From positions 14,074,001 to 14,138,000 of the forward strand of contig CP075492.1 of assembly GCA_021613535.1 (NCBI GenBank): a DNA stretch of 64,000 nucleotides, given 5' to 3'. The position numbers were made by a program, and so were the translations under genes. The notes under the pieces were generated by a model, which saw nothing but the letters and a program-made list of their open reading frames with translations, was not told where the DNA came from and did no database searches. This stretch comes from Adineta vaga (taxonomy: Eukaryota > Animalia > Rotifera). The first letter of the stretch is position 1. Every line of letters starts with the position of its first letter. Below, piece after piece: positions 46,968 to 58,256 of this stretch.

Positions 46968-47886
46968 TGTAGAATTTTATTTTTATCAACTGCGGTAGGA
47001 AGATACCTTCCTTAAATACGAGTGTGGATGTGAGATGGGAAAGTCACAAATCATTTTACCCACTGATATAATAGCACAGTGTGTTAGAAAAATCCATCAT
47101 TTTTCTCCAGACAACTGGCATGAGTCAATCCTTTGACGAAGAGAACAGCTGCTGTCATCTTATATAAAGCATATAACGAGTCAAATTTCAATTATTTTTT
47201 CTCGTTCTGTAAGTTTAAAGAAGTTTGCATAATGATAGAATTTCAAATGAAGTTCACTGAATTTACTATATACAATGGTTGTTTTGCATTGATCAATTAT
47301 AAAGACATTGAATATATTCAGATATACTTGATAATTTCTATCTATACATTCTAACATGCAATTGTTTCAATTTACATTTTATTTATCAGACAGAATGCAA
47401 AAAGCGACTCCTATCAAACTTGATTATACAGCGACTGCCTCGTGCTATTGGTTTCATTTTTATGCCATTGAGAATTTTATTGATTTTGAATGCCACAGAG
47501 GAAACCATGCAACTATACGTAATTATGCTTCATTTCTTTTTCTTACTTGTAATCTCGTCTGGTTACGATTCTGTTCACCCTTATTGTTACCGATCCAATA
47601 GTTAAAGCGACATATTTAATAATGTTCAGTTTGTGGCACAAGAATCCTCAATCAACATCCATTAAGCATTTAAAACAAGAGTCTCTTTTGCTGCAACAGA
47701 ATTATCCAATTTATCAAACAAAAGTGAAGGTAAATACGAACAACTTCAAATACTTTAAACACCCTTATCATAAAATGTGTTATCGTATATATATATATAT
47801 GACAAAGCTCTTTTATATAATGAAAAAAAAGATAATATATATAAACCTCTTCTTTGTCTATATAGTTCAAGAGCAATTCTACAACG

Positions 47887-50439
47887 ATGATATCTTTTGC
47901 TTGTATATTACTTATGTTGATAATTATGCTGTACGATTTACATAGTACGGTTACTTATTCAATGAGTAATTTTGCATCAGAAAATTTAACTAAAATTAAT
48001 CCTCGTTATGGAAGAGTCGACAATCCGAATGTTGCTCTCAAAGATGATTGTGCATTGCGAGCTTTTACCATTGAAATGGCTGGTTATATAGCACCATCAT
48101 TTTGGAAAAATAATTGGACGGCACTTAGTGAAAGTGCCTTTCAAATGAATGAATGTAATGGAACGAGTTATCATACCTCTAGATCGTCTAAAGCTCGGCA
48201 ACCATTTCGAACGCCAGAAAGAATAAAAACAAATGTTTGTTATCGCTCGGTATTTGTAAATGGTGAATCAGGTGATGATCGATCGAATGGAACATTCGAA
48301 AAGCCACTGAAAACGATACAAGCAGCTGTATCGTTGACACGAACTCTTCGCATTGCTTACGGTAGAAACAATACAATGTGCATTATCCTGCGAGTAGGAA
48401 CGTATTATTTGGGCACGAATGCTACTTCTTCATCGAGTAGTCAAATTGGTGCAATTGCATTAACAAGCGATGATAGTAATCTCGTGATTGAAAACTATCA
48501 AAATGAGCGTGTCGTAGTAAGCGGTGGTACTTTATTGCAATTACAATGGTCTGTTTATCAGAAAACATCGACTGGTAGTACCATTATGAAAGCTCGAATA
48601 CCAGCATATGTTGATCTCAATCAGTTTAATGAATTATATATCGATGGGAAAAGAGCTATTGTAGCTAAATATCCTAATGGTGATCCTTCTACTCAAGGTC
48701 TGTATGCTAAAAACCCGGGATTTTGTTTCGAATGGCAAAAATGGTGGGGTCCTAGTTTCAATCGAACCGTAGAACTTCATGTACAAGAACCTTATCGCAA
48801 TGGTACAGTATTCACAAACTTTCAACTTGGTATTGGTGGTGGTGCTTCTGTCTTTAATCCACCTACTAATTTTTGGAGTACGGCTTCACCACCTGCAGGT
48901 GACAATTATGTCACGACTCGTGGTATTACTGTGAATAAAGACACATTGCCTCGTATAGCTAATTGGACTAAACCAACGAATGGTATTGTACATACTTTTC
49001 AAGGAGAATATTGGGGTAGTTGGATATTTGAAATAGCATCGGTGAATAGCACTGAATATACGATTATGTTTGGTCGAGGAGGATTTCAAGAAGCGCGTGG
49101 TTTAAGTTGGGGTGGAGCATTCTATGTTGCGAATATATTCGAAGAACTCGATTCACCTAACGAATGGTTTCTAGACAAAGATACTCGTACTCTCTTTTTT
49201 ATGCCCAATGAAACGATGCCAGAGACATTTATAGCCAGTCAAATTCCTTGTCTCATCTCTTTGCGTGGCAATAGTATTAATGATCCTATCCAGAATGTTT
49301 GGATACAAGGTTTGATCCTTTCAGAAACAACTAATACATATATGAGAGACTACATGGTACCGGGTGGTGGTGATTGGGCCGTTCATCGTGGTGGTACTAT
49401 ATATTTAACCAACACGAAAGATATTACTCTTGCACACAATTTATTTACACAATTAGGTAGCAATGGTGTCGCTTTAATTGATTATAATGATGGTACTTCT
49501 ATTATTATGAATGAATTTGTCTGGTTGGCTGATTCAGCTATTATTCTTGTTGGTAGTACAAATGGAATCGATGGTTTTAGTGTGGCTAGTCAACCTGCCA
49601 ATACACTTATCCAATCAAATCTAATACATGAGACAGGCATCTATGTAAAACAATCATCTCCAATATTAATTGCTGTAAGTAGAAGCGTGTCTATTATTGG
49701 TAATCTTATGTTCAATATACCGCGAGCAGCCATCAATATCAATGATGGCTTCTATGGTAATCATACACTGAGTTGGAATGTGATGTTTAATACTGTACGA
49801 GAAACAAGTGATCATGGACCTATCAATACATGGGATCGTCAACCATTTTTGAGTGATGCTTCGCAATCTGGTATACCTTCACTATGGCAACATTACAGTT
49901 ATATTCATCATAATACTATCTTCAATAATTATAATGCTTTATGGCCTATTGATCATGATGATGGCAGTTGTTTTTATGAAGATTCTTATAATTTTCATGT
50001 TTATGGTGGAAAGAAAAATTTTCTCGGTCACTCAAAATCAGATCATCATCAAATTTATGTCTATTCAGATATGAATAAAGGTGATTATGGTAGTAATGTA
50101 TGTCTAGGTTTTTATGCACCTAGACGAGGTTTTAGTGGTTGGGATGAAATTTGGGTTCAAAATACGTGCATACTTTACAAAATACCAATTCCTTACATTA
50201 TCGGTAATTGTGAAACAACCGATCTATTTGTACCGTATTTAGCAAATAATAAAATATATATTCCAAATGGTACTGAAGTGATATTTACATGTAATATTAA
50301 TGGTACAAGTACAAAACTTAATTTAGAACAATGGCAATCATATGGAGTAGATATTGGTACTAGTATTTCTTCGACACCTGATGTTCAAACAATTATTGAA
50401 TGGGGTCGTGAAATGTTGCAACCAACAACAACAGAGTAA
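47887..50439 (+). CDS. Secreted right-handed beta-helix (pectin-lyase fold, GH141-like) protein
   Basis: VFVNGESGDDRSNGTFEKPLKTIQAA (DUF1565-like), IILRVGTYYL, VVVSGG, EELDSPNEWFLD, TVRETSDHGPINTWDRQPF, IDHDDGS; 850 aa, intronless. Confidence 0.82.
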   Translation: MISFACILLMLIIMLYDLHSTVTYSMSNFASENLTKINPRYGRVDNPNVALKDDCALRAFTIEMAGYIAPSFWKNNWTALSESAFQMNECNGTSYHTSRSSKARQPFRTPERIKTNVCYRSVFVNGESGDDRSNGTFEKPLKTIQAAVSLTRTLRIAYGRNNTMCIILRVGTYYLGTNATSSSSSQIGAIALTSDDSNLVIENYQNERVVVSGGTLLQLQWSVYQKTSTGSTIMKARIPAYVDLNQFNELYIDGKRAIVAKYPNGDPSTQGLYAKNPGFCFEWQKWWGPSFNRTVELHVQEPYRNGTVFTNFQLGIGGGASVFNPPTNFWSTASPPAGDNYVTTRGITVNKDTLPRIANWTKPTNGIVHTFQGEYWGSWIFEIASVNSTEYTIMFGRGGFQEARGLSWGGAFYVANIFEELDSPNEWFLDKDTRTLFFMPNETMPETFIASQIPCLISLRGNSINDPIQNVWIQGLILSETTNTYMRDYMVPGGGDWAVHRGGTIYLTNTKDITLAHNLFTQLGSNGVALIDYNDGTSIIMNEFVWLADSAIILVGSTNGIDGFSVASQPANTLIQSNLIHETGIYVKQSSPILIAVSRSVSIIGNLMFNIPRAAININDGFYGNHTLSWNVMFNTVRETSDHGPINTWDRQPFLSDASQSGIPSLWQHYSYIHHNTIFNNYNALWPIDHDDGSCFYEDSYNFHVYGGKKNFLGHSKSDHHQIYVYSDMNKGDYGSNVCLGFYAPRRGFSGWDEIWVQNTCILYKIPIPYIIGNCETTDLFVPYLANNKIYIPNGTEVIFTCNINGTSTKLNLEQWQSYGVDIGTSISSTPDVQTIIEWGREMLQPTTTE

Positions 50440-51069
50440 TATCTATTGAAGGTGGATGTTCATGTGGACTCTATGTGAGTTATTCATACACCTACCATTA
50501 GGCATCTTTATGATAATTATACTTAATCAAAAGAGAAGAACCAATGGAACACATCGTAAACAATTTTGCGATTTAGCTTTTCGTAGTTTTTGAATTTGCC
50601 CATATTTTTAGATCGTTTTTGAACTACAGTAGTATAATTTTATAAATATTATAAAAATCAAACGTTGCGATATTTTATACAGTAATCAACGAAAATAAAT
50701 TCACTTTCACATCATATAATCTTATTACTACGAGCAGTGACTATCGATAAAGTGCCTTATTTTTCAACTAGTGCTGCTACGATAATCGATTAGCTCGTCA
50801 TTTCGTCACATCAAGAATCGCTTCGAGGGTGTGAACGAGGGTATAGTTTCTTCACATATATACGCTCACTCTCCCCCGTGAAATATTTTGTATATTTAAA
50901 AGTATACATTTAGTAGGAGAGGAAAAAGAACATGTGCAAATGAATTCTAAAAACATTTCAACTTTTTGATCGTTATGTTGTTCAAAAACCTTCATAATTT
51001 TCAGTTCATTAAATTATAGTAGAACTCGTATAAAAAATTTGTTTATTACAAGATTCGTGTTTCGTCAGA

Positions 51070-52871
51070 TTAAGACAAAGTAACAGAAACCATCCGACTT
51101 GCTACAGTTCCAGTTACTTTCAAACAAAATCGAATCGAATAACTTTGTCCGGTTGTTACGAAAAACGACTGACTGATTTCATCAGCAACGTTTGCACACC
51201 AACTGTCTACACGGTAAGAACCAGTACGAGCTAAACCGCCCATAACTTGACTACCACTAGAGAATTGACAAGCTCCATTTGGTATTGATCTTGTCCAACC
51301 AGGTGAGAAAGAGCCGTATTCAAAACCACCGTTGACTAATAATTCTGTAGTTCCATTAGTTACTGTTACGTCATCTAAATACCAATGATCAATATTACTT
51401 CGAAATTGAAATACGAGGTTAACAGAGCCTGTAGTACTAGCTATCCATTCAGCATAACAACAAGTATATGAAGTAAATGAAAATGTTGTTGAAGAAAATA
51501 AACTGGAAGATCCCACATTTATAGGAGTACCACATGGATTTGCAGTAGTAGTTGCTATTAAACAAGAATGATGGAAAAATAAAGTAAAAGTTTTCAAAAA
51601 AAAATGACTAATTTACTCGCTATTTTACTAACTACAGAAAATAAACAATAGAAAGATTTTTAAGAAAAACAATTCAATCATTTATCCGAATATTTACCAG
51701 AGTCTTTTTTTTCTACTGAATTTTGCTGTCTCTTTAATATTATCAGGTACTAAAATTGTTGACTTCATTTTATCATAATGTAGATAATCTATGTTAGTCC
51801 TATATTTCTGGAATATGAATACGTAGAAATCATCATTATCACTAATTAAAAAGCTTCGACAACTAAGTTAAAATATGAACAGATGGGAAAGTGACATTTT
51901 CTCATGTAAATGTAAATAGATATCAACGACTTACATGTTGATGAAGTGCTGCTAGTCGATGATGATGTTGATGTGGAACTAGTAGTTGTTACGGATGCTA
52001 TGAATTATAGAAATCTTCGGATGTAGATATATCAATTTGAAAAAGAAATATATACTTGTTGTTGTAGTAACAGTAGAAGTGGTCTCTGTTGTAGTAGTTG
52101 AAGTAGTTTCCGATGTGGTAGTAGATGTGCTCGTTGTTGTCGTGGTAGTTGCAGAGGTCGTGGTAGTCGTTGTTTCTGATGTAGTGCTTGTTGCTTTGTA
52201 ATGATAAAAATAATAAATATAATTTTTTAGATGAAAATTTATAATTACTTGTGCTTGATGTAGTTGTCGTAACTGTTGTGATTGTCCTCTTGACAAAGAG
52301 ACCTGCAAGTATACCAGCAAGACCAATGGCGAGTAATATAGCAATGATTATTGATGCAAGACAACAATATCGTGATCGAAGTCGACGGACTTTACGATTA
52401 AGATTAGGGTTCATATTTTCTTTCGTGCCTGTTTGGTTGAATCTGATGGTTTTAACTTTACTAAAACTTGATTTTGATCGCTTATGTTTGAGTCGTTTTG
52501 TTTTTCGTAATTGTTGTTCTTTAGACTGAGCACTACTATTGGAAAACGATTTTTGCGTGTTTGTCGATGTTTTAGTTTCGCATATCGATCTGGATGGTAT
52601 TGACAATGGAAGAGTCTGTAGAGGCAATATATAATGATTAATTGTAAACATTCATATTCAATAGTAAAACAACTCCTACTTTGGATGAATCCATGAATTG
52701 ATTAGAATTTCGTGGTAATATATTTGCATGAAAATCAAACTTCTTGTTCTGATATGATGATTGTAATCCAGAATTGATCGATGATGGTACAGATTGAGTT
52801 AGAAGAGGCGAAAATAACTTCACTCTATCTTGGCTCGATGGAAGTATTCGAGGCACTATACTTTCAACCAT
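51070..52871 (-). CDS. Type II membrane protein with Thr-rich stalk and C-terminal carbohydrate-binding-like domain; multi-exon
   Basis: Basic cytoplasmic N-terminus, TM CCLASIIIAILLAIGLAGILAGLFV, Thr/Ser-rich exons (51935-52270), terminal exon WYLDDVTV...LLVNGGFEYG...GW (CBM4/9-like). Exon limits approximate. Confidence 0.7.
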
Positions 52872-53944
52872 AGAAGTTTTTGCATTCAACTAAAAATATA
52901 CGTTTAAATGCTTTTAAAATAACTTGATATATCTAAGAAAGATGCGTAGAAAAAACAAGCACTTTCTTTCTGCTCAGTGTTTACATTACAGATTATTCAT
53001 AAGAACTTAAAACACTATCTACTTGAATTATACTAGGTATAGCAATCTTACTTGTCTAAGAACGCTGGCATGAATAGTGGACGTCGTTGTTGTGATTTAA
53101 TTCGTTTCACACGTGTTACAGTAACATGACTCTTAAATAAAAAACAAGATGTTTTGAAAACATATACAACAATTAATCCTACTTTGTCTTGATATGACCA
53201 GCGTTGAGATCTCGATTTCAAAGATTGCTCTGTTTTCATCATGTAGTTCGATTTTATTCTTCTAATCAAAATATTCTACTCACATATCATTCTGAAATCA
53301 AAGAAACTGAATATTTTTATCATTAAAAATCGACTAAGAATGGAATTCAATTTGACATAAATAGGTTTCTCCATGGAATATATAAGTCTTATTGTCATTA
53401 ATGTAATTCATATTTGTTATTGTTTGGTATGTTCTCGAAATAAAGGTAAAGAACATTTCTTAATATCGAATTTGCGTTTCTTCTCTACAAATTATAGAAA
53501 AAGAATAATTGTATGGCAAGCCCTGTTTTTTGTTGGAAAAATAAAGTAATAAGAGAGGAAACATTTGCAAAAATTATTTTCGATATTGTAAGATTTCGTA
53601 CATTGAATAATCATCGACAGCTAATAAAGAAAATCTTAAGTAGAAAGAAAAACAATGATTGTATAGTCTGCCGTATTTTTATTTTAAGTCAATAAAGAGT
53701 ATTGATTATAGTTATATATTTATAGAGTTATATTATGTCTTAATTTTTTTTGCTATGAAATTAACCTCTCATTTTATTTGTGAGAGTCATTTGTAATCAA
53801 ATTATTTAATGGGAAAGTCACACGTGTCATTGCATGTGATATACATATATATATCTGAAACTCTTTATGTCAATGACTATTAGGATTATAATTATATTAT
53901 TATGTTATGTGCAGTATAAAAATCAACGTTAAAAATTAGAAAGT

Positions 53945-56503
53945 TTAAAAACGCGTGTGAATTGTCTCTCCATCTTGTGTTTTGAAATAATCAGGTGGTG
54001 AAGAATTGATCTCGATGTTCATTTTCTCATTGAATCTTGCGCCATTCATTGACATTCGAACATGCGGATAAGCTGCTTGAGTTTGTTGTATTTCAGCCAT
54101 TGCAATACCAAGAGAATCCTGTGGAATCCATACAATTGGTTTCGGTTCTCGTAATGCTGGATTCATATATGCATTTTCCATTGTATTATCATAAAAATCC
54201 ACCACAGCATCATTCATATCAGAAACACTACTAATATCATCAGTCGATCGGCAATGCGTCAATACTTTTATTGCTGTTTTTGTTACGGGAAATCGGCTCG
54301 CATGAGGATTTTCCAATCGTACATATTCTTCAGCATCAACTGGTAAATAATACGTCAGTGGATCGAAACTAGAACGCATTGTCATGTACACAATAACAGT
54401 CAATACAATCAATATGCACATGAGAATACCTTGAGGAATAGCGGCTTGTCTACCGGATTCATTTTGTACTAGAAAAAATAATGCTGCAAGCATGATTTCC
54501 ATTAAATAAACGCCAGTAAATGATTGATAAATAGCTCGCGGAAAAGCAAGACCACCAGAATCATTGGGAAAGTCGTTCACATAGAACATTGTATAAGTAT
54601 AGGCAATATAATATAAAGCAAATGCAATACCAGATATGATGAGCATAAGAGGAGCAACAATCGAATAAACTAAAGTAATGACAATAAAATTTGTAAAAAC
54701 GGGAAATATTGTTCCCCAATCGAGACTTGAAAGTGTAAAATATCGTCGCCATTTTTTTCGTGGTGTATTATCGAATAATTTTCCAAGAAGATAAAATGAA
54801 ATCAATGTTACAACTTGTAATAAAACACCACAAGCAATACTTAATCCTTGTAAGGCAATAAAACTAAAGAAGAAATTACTTGCCGTTGGAATATTTGCAG
54901 CAAGTATTGTTGCAGCACTCGGCGGATTTTGAAAAATATCAACAATAACACTGGAAACACTACTAGATATAGTAACAAATAAGAAAACATGCGTGACTTG
55001 AAAAACAAAATAGGATCCTTGTACATAACGATCAATTGCATCCGTAGTAGGTTTGCCAGATAATTTCGCCAATAATTTCAATATGATCGGTAGTATTGAC
55101 ATTAAAATAGCTAATAGAACAGTTGGTAGAAGACCAGTAACTAGACCAAGAAGTGATGTTGGTAATTTATAAATAACTTGAAGAAATGTTACTTTATCTG
55201 TAAGATACGTAATATTAGAGAGTATACCGACAAATGTAACAGGAATAGCCCAGAAGACGATAAGAGCGGCTGTTGCTGCTAACATAATAAGTTTTCTTAG
55301 TTTTTGTTCATAATAGCTTAATTTTAAATTTGACCAAACGATATTCAATGGTTTAATATCAATAAATCGAGGTGACATCGCTAAAGGAATGGACGCTGCT
55401 ACACTTTGAACAGCCATATGAGCTGCTATTTGTGTATGAAATTGAATAAATGCTGAATTAATCGGTTTATAATTGTTCAAACGTGTTTTTTCTGTTTCAA
55501 TTTCTGTATTTAATTGTGAGATGGTCGTTTTACAGTATGTCAGAGCATCGACTTTCTTACCACAGCAGAGAGATGAAAGTATAGGAATTATTCCAATTCG
55601 CATTGTTGGTCGTTTGCTTTGTGGAATATAATGATCTATAATCTCTTCTTCATTAATCGTAAGAGTTTGTTCAGAATTGATCGTGTTTTTCTTTTTCTTC
55701 TGTTTAGCATCGTTTTTCAACGCTGTTTTAAGTAATTTACATTCAATTGCTTCGAGTTTTTCGACTAATTTCATACGTTGAGCTACTTTATCAGGAAGAT
55801 TTTCAAGATTTCGATTGAGCCATATATATTTTACTCCACCGGGAAATTGATTAAAAATTCGAAAGAGTATATCGGTATCCAAATATACTTTTGGTATTGC
55901 AGTAACAAGAATCGTCGTTGCACTAGCACGAGATTGATATATCGAACTTCGTAATAATGCTTGACGTTTTTCTACAAAAACTTTCATTTCAATATAAAGA
56001 AGAAAGAGATATGCACCAAGAAAAACATATGCAAGTACCAATGGAGCTATGTATCGTAAAGAATGACGTGATGGTATATTACCAAATGTTAGAATATCGA
56101 GTCCTGTTTTTCCATATGCTTTACCTTTTCCATCAATTGTATAAATTGGAAATAGAATGATTGCTATAAGAACGAATGAACTTAGGAAGAAGATAGCATG
56201 AATGTAGAGATAACGTGCGAAGAAATAAGCATCAAGACCTGAAGTACGAATAAGATCTTCTTTTGGCATCTTTAATAGAGCGGGTAACCAACCATAAGGT
56301 GTACGAGGCAAAGATTCCACACGTCGTTTTTCATCTCCTAAATATGTTTTTGGTTCATAGATACGTTTAAATATTGTTCTAATAGCAACGAATAAAACGA
56401 CTTCAATTGCACCAATTGTAGCAGAAGCAATGAGTGTTGTAAAAAATTGTGAGAGTGAATAACCCTGCATGCTTTGAATAGCTTTGGTTGTATTACTTGC
56501 CAT
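53945..56503 (-). CDS. OSCA/CSC1 (DUF221, Rsn1/Phm7-like) osmosensitive Ca2+-permeable channel, fungal-type
   Basis: RIYEPKTY, GLDAYFFARYL, SAFIQF, IVWSNL, FWAIPVTFVG, WGTIFP, YSIVAP, GGLAFPRA and the C-terminal AYMNPAL...VWIPQDSLG extension; intronless; likely ATG at 56503. Confidence 0.92.
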   Translation of the reverse strand: MASNTTKAIQSMQGYSLSQFFTTLIASATIGAIEVVLFVAIRTIFKRIYEPKTYLGDEKRRVESLPRTPYGWLPALLKMPKEDLIRTSGLDAYFFARYLYIHAIFFLSSFVLIAIILFPIYTIDGKGKAYGKTGLDILTFGNIPSRHSLRYIAPLVLAYVFLGAYLFLLYIEMKVFVEKRQALLRSSIYQSRASATTILVTAIPKVYLDTDILFRIFNQFPGGVKYIWLNRNLENLPDKVAQRMKLVEKLEAIECKLLKTALKNDAKQKKKKNTINSEQTLTINEEEIIDHYIPQSKRPTMRIGIIPILSSLCCGKKVDALTYCKTTISQLNTEIETEKTRLNNYKPINSAFIQFHTQIAAHMAVQSVAASIPLAMSPRFIDIKPLNIVWSNLKLSYYEQKLRKLIMLAATAALIVFWAIPVTFVGILSNITYLTDKVTFLQVIYKLPTSLLGLVTGLLPTVLLAILMSILPIILKLLAKLSGKPTTDAIDRYVQGSYFVFQVTHVFLFVTISSSVSSVIVDIFQNPPSAATILAANIPTASNFFFSFIALQGLSIACGVLLQVVTLISFYLLGKLFDNTPRKKWRRYFTLSSLDWGTIFPVFTNFIVITLVYSIVAPLMLIISGIAFALYYIAYTYTMFYVNDFPNDSGGLAFPRAIYQSFTGVYLMEIMLAALFFLVQNESGRQAAIPQGILMCILIVLTVIVYMTMRSSFDPLTYYLPVDAEEYVRLENPHASRFPVTKTAIKVLTHCRSTDDISSVSDMNDAVVDFYDNTMENAYMNPALREPKPIVWIPQDSLGIAMAEIQQTQAAYPHVRMSMNGARFNEKMNIEINSSPPDYFKTQDGETIHTRF

Positions 56504-57278
56504 TTTCAGATAAATATTCGACAGAGTGATGTGAAGAAATAATACTAAAAACGACAAAACTATGAGTATATGAATTATATAATATACGAAGTATATCAGT
56601 AGGTGTTTGCATGAAAATATGAAAGAGAATCGTTTTGAAGACTATATTCTTTGATACAGAATGGTAAAAAAAATAATAAACGTTGCCACGATATGTTGAA
56701 GGAATGGTAATTTTTTTATGTTGATCTATGAAGCGACAGTATTCTACAACGTGAGAAGAGAATCGAAACAGCCAGAAAAAAGATGGTAATGGAGGAAAAA
56801 ATGATACACATGCCTTCAAGTGACTGACTCATTTATTCAATGAGTAATTGTCAAACATATACGAATGAATGTGAAAAGATTAATCGTATGAAATCTTTTA
56901 CAAAAAAGAAAATTCAAAGAGAATACAAAAATGTTACGATTTCATCGTTATATGATTTGATCATATCATAAACTTTATTTTGTATTCTGTTTTATTGACA
57001 TTAAACACTCGCATATATACATATATATATATATATAGCAATTAACATTGATAATGAAATATCTCTATAAATATGTTTTGAAAAATGAATAAGTATTCAT
57101 TAGTTTGATTGTACGATTGTTTTATGGGATTACGTTGAATAACTATGAAAAGTTTTTTTTCCACTGAGTGACTATTTTAATGAAAGGAATCAACAACAAC
57201 ATCATGCAGTTTTACTTATTTTGAATACAATCATTCATTTGATTATTCTACTTCGAAGAAATAACTCACGACTAAACT

Positions 57279-58244
57279 ATGCCAGTGACCATTTTACCAT
57301 CGATACAACGAGAAATCATTCGATATGGTGTTAGCATATATCTTATATTCGGTCTTGTGGGTAATCTCTGTAATTGTGTAATGTTTACACGAAATTCATA
57401 TCGCCGCAGTCCTAGTTCAATTTATCTTCTTTCACTTTCAATATTTTCTATAATTTATCTTATTTGGACATTTGCTCCACTTTTCTATACACTTAATTAT
57501 ATAGATCCTCAAACTCAATCAATAATCTATTGTAAAGTACGACAATATGGTAGTCATACTCTTAGTCTTCATATTCGTTATGCAGTTGTACTTGCATGTT
57601 TTGACCGATTTCTTGTTACACGAACAAATGTTCGTATCCGTTCATTGAGCACCATTAAAACAGCAAGAATTCTTACTTGTATCATGTGTTTTGTATGTTT
57701 ATTAATTGCTTTACATATGCCTGTTGAAATGACTATCAATACTAGTAGAGTCTGTGGAATGTTCGGCATGTACAAGTTATCGTATGCAATTTATCAAATT
57801 ATAATTTTTACTTTAACACCACCTATCTTAATGATTCTATTCAGTATTTTTACGATTCATGATCTTCAGCAACGACATAATATAAATCAAAGTCATGCAA
57901 GAAAAAGAGATCGTCATCTTGCATATATGGTTATTGCGGAAGTAGCAATAAATATCATTTCATCAGTTCCATATGCAGCTAATCTTCTCTATGGTGCATT
58001 GACATATTATGTAACAAATAAAAGTACAGAAAGAGCAGAGATTGAAGCATTTTTAACTTTTATTACTCAATTTTTTATCTATTTCTTGGGCGTTGTTCCA
58101 TTTTATCTATTCATATTAGTATCAAAACCATTTCGAGATGAATTCATGGATTTTCTTATCAATAATTGGTACAAATATATTTTACGACAAACACGAGTGG
58201 TTCCAACACATGAATTAAACGTTCTAGCTACAAACAATCATTGA
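57279..58244 (+). CDS. Class A GPCR
   Basis: GLVGNLCN, YCKVRQY, ACFDRF, SSVPY, PFYLFILVSKPFRDEF. Confidence 0.88.
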   Translation: MPVTILPSIQREIIRYGVSIYLIFGLVGNLCNCVMFTRNSYRRSPSSIYLLSLSIFSIIYLIWTFAPLFYTLNYIDPQTQSIIYCKVRQYGSHTLSLHIRYAVVLACFDRFLVTRTNVRIRSLSTIKTARILTCIMCFVCLLIALHMPVEMTINTSRVCGMFGMYKLSYAIYQIIIFTLTPPILMILFSIFTIHDLQQRHNINQSHARKRDRHLAYMVIAEVAINIISSVPYAANLLYGALTYYVTNKSTERAEIEAFLTFITQFFIYFLGVVPFYLFILVSKPFRDEFMDFLINNWYKYILRQTRVVPTHELNVLATNNH

Positions 58245-58256
58245 ACAATATAATAT

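Noticed and set aside
47133-47945. Cluster of short ORFs upstream of the beta-helix gene
   Set aside because: No recognisable motifs or consistent splice structure; consistent with chance ORFs in AT-rich DNA.
56504-56557. TTG-initiated extension of the OSCA ORF
   Set aside because: Eukaryotic context; the first ATG (MASNTT) at 56503 fits the family N-terminus.
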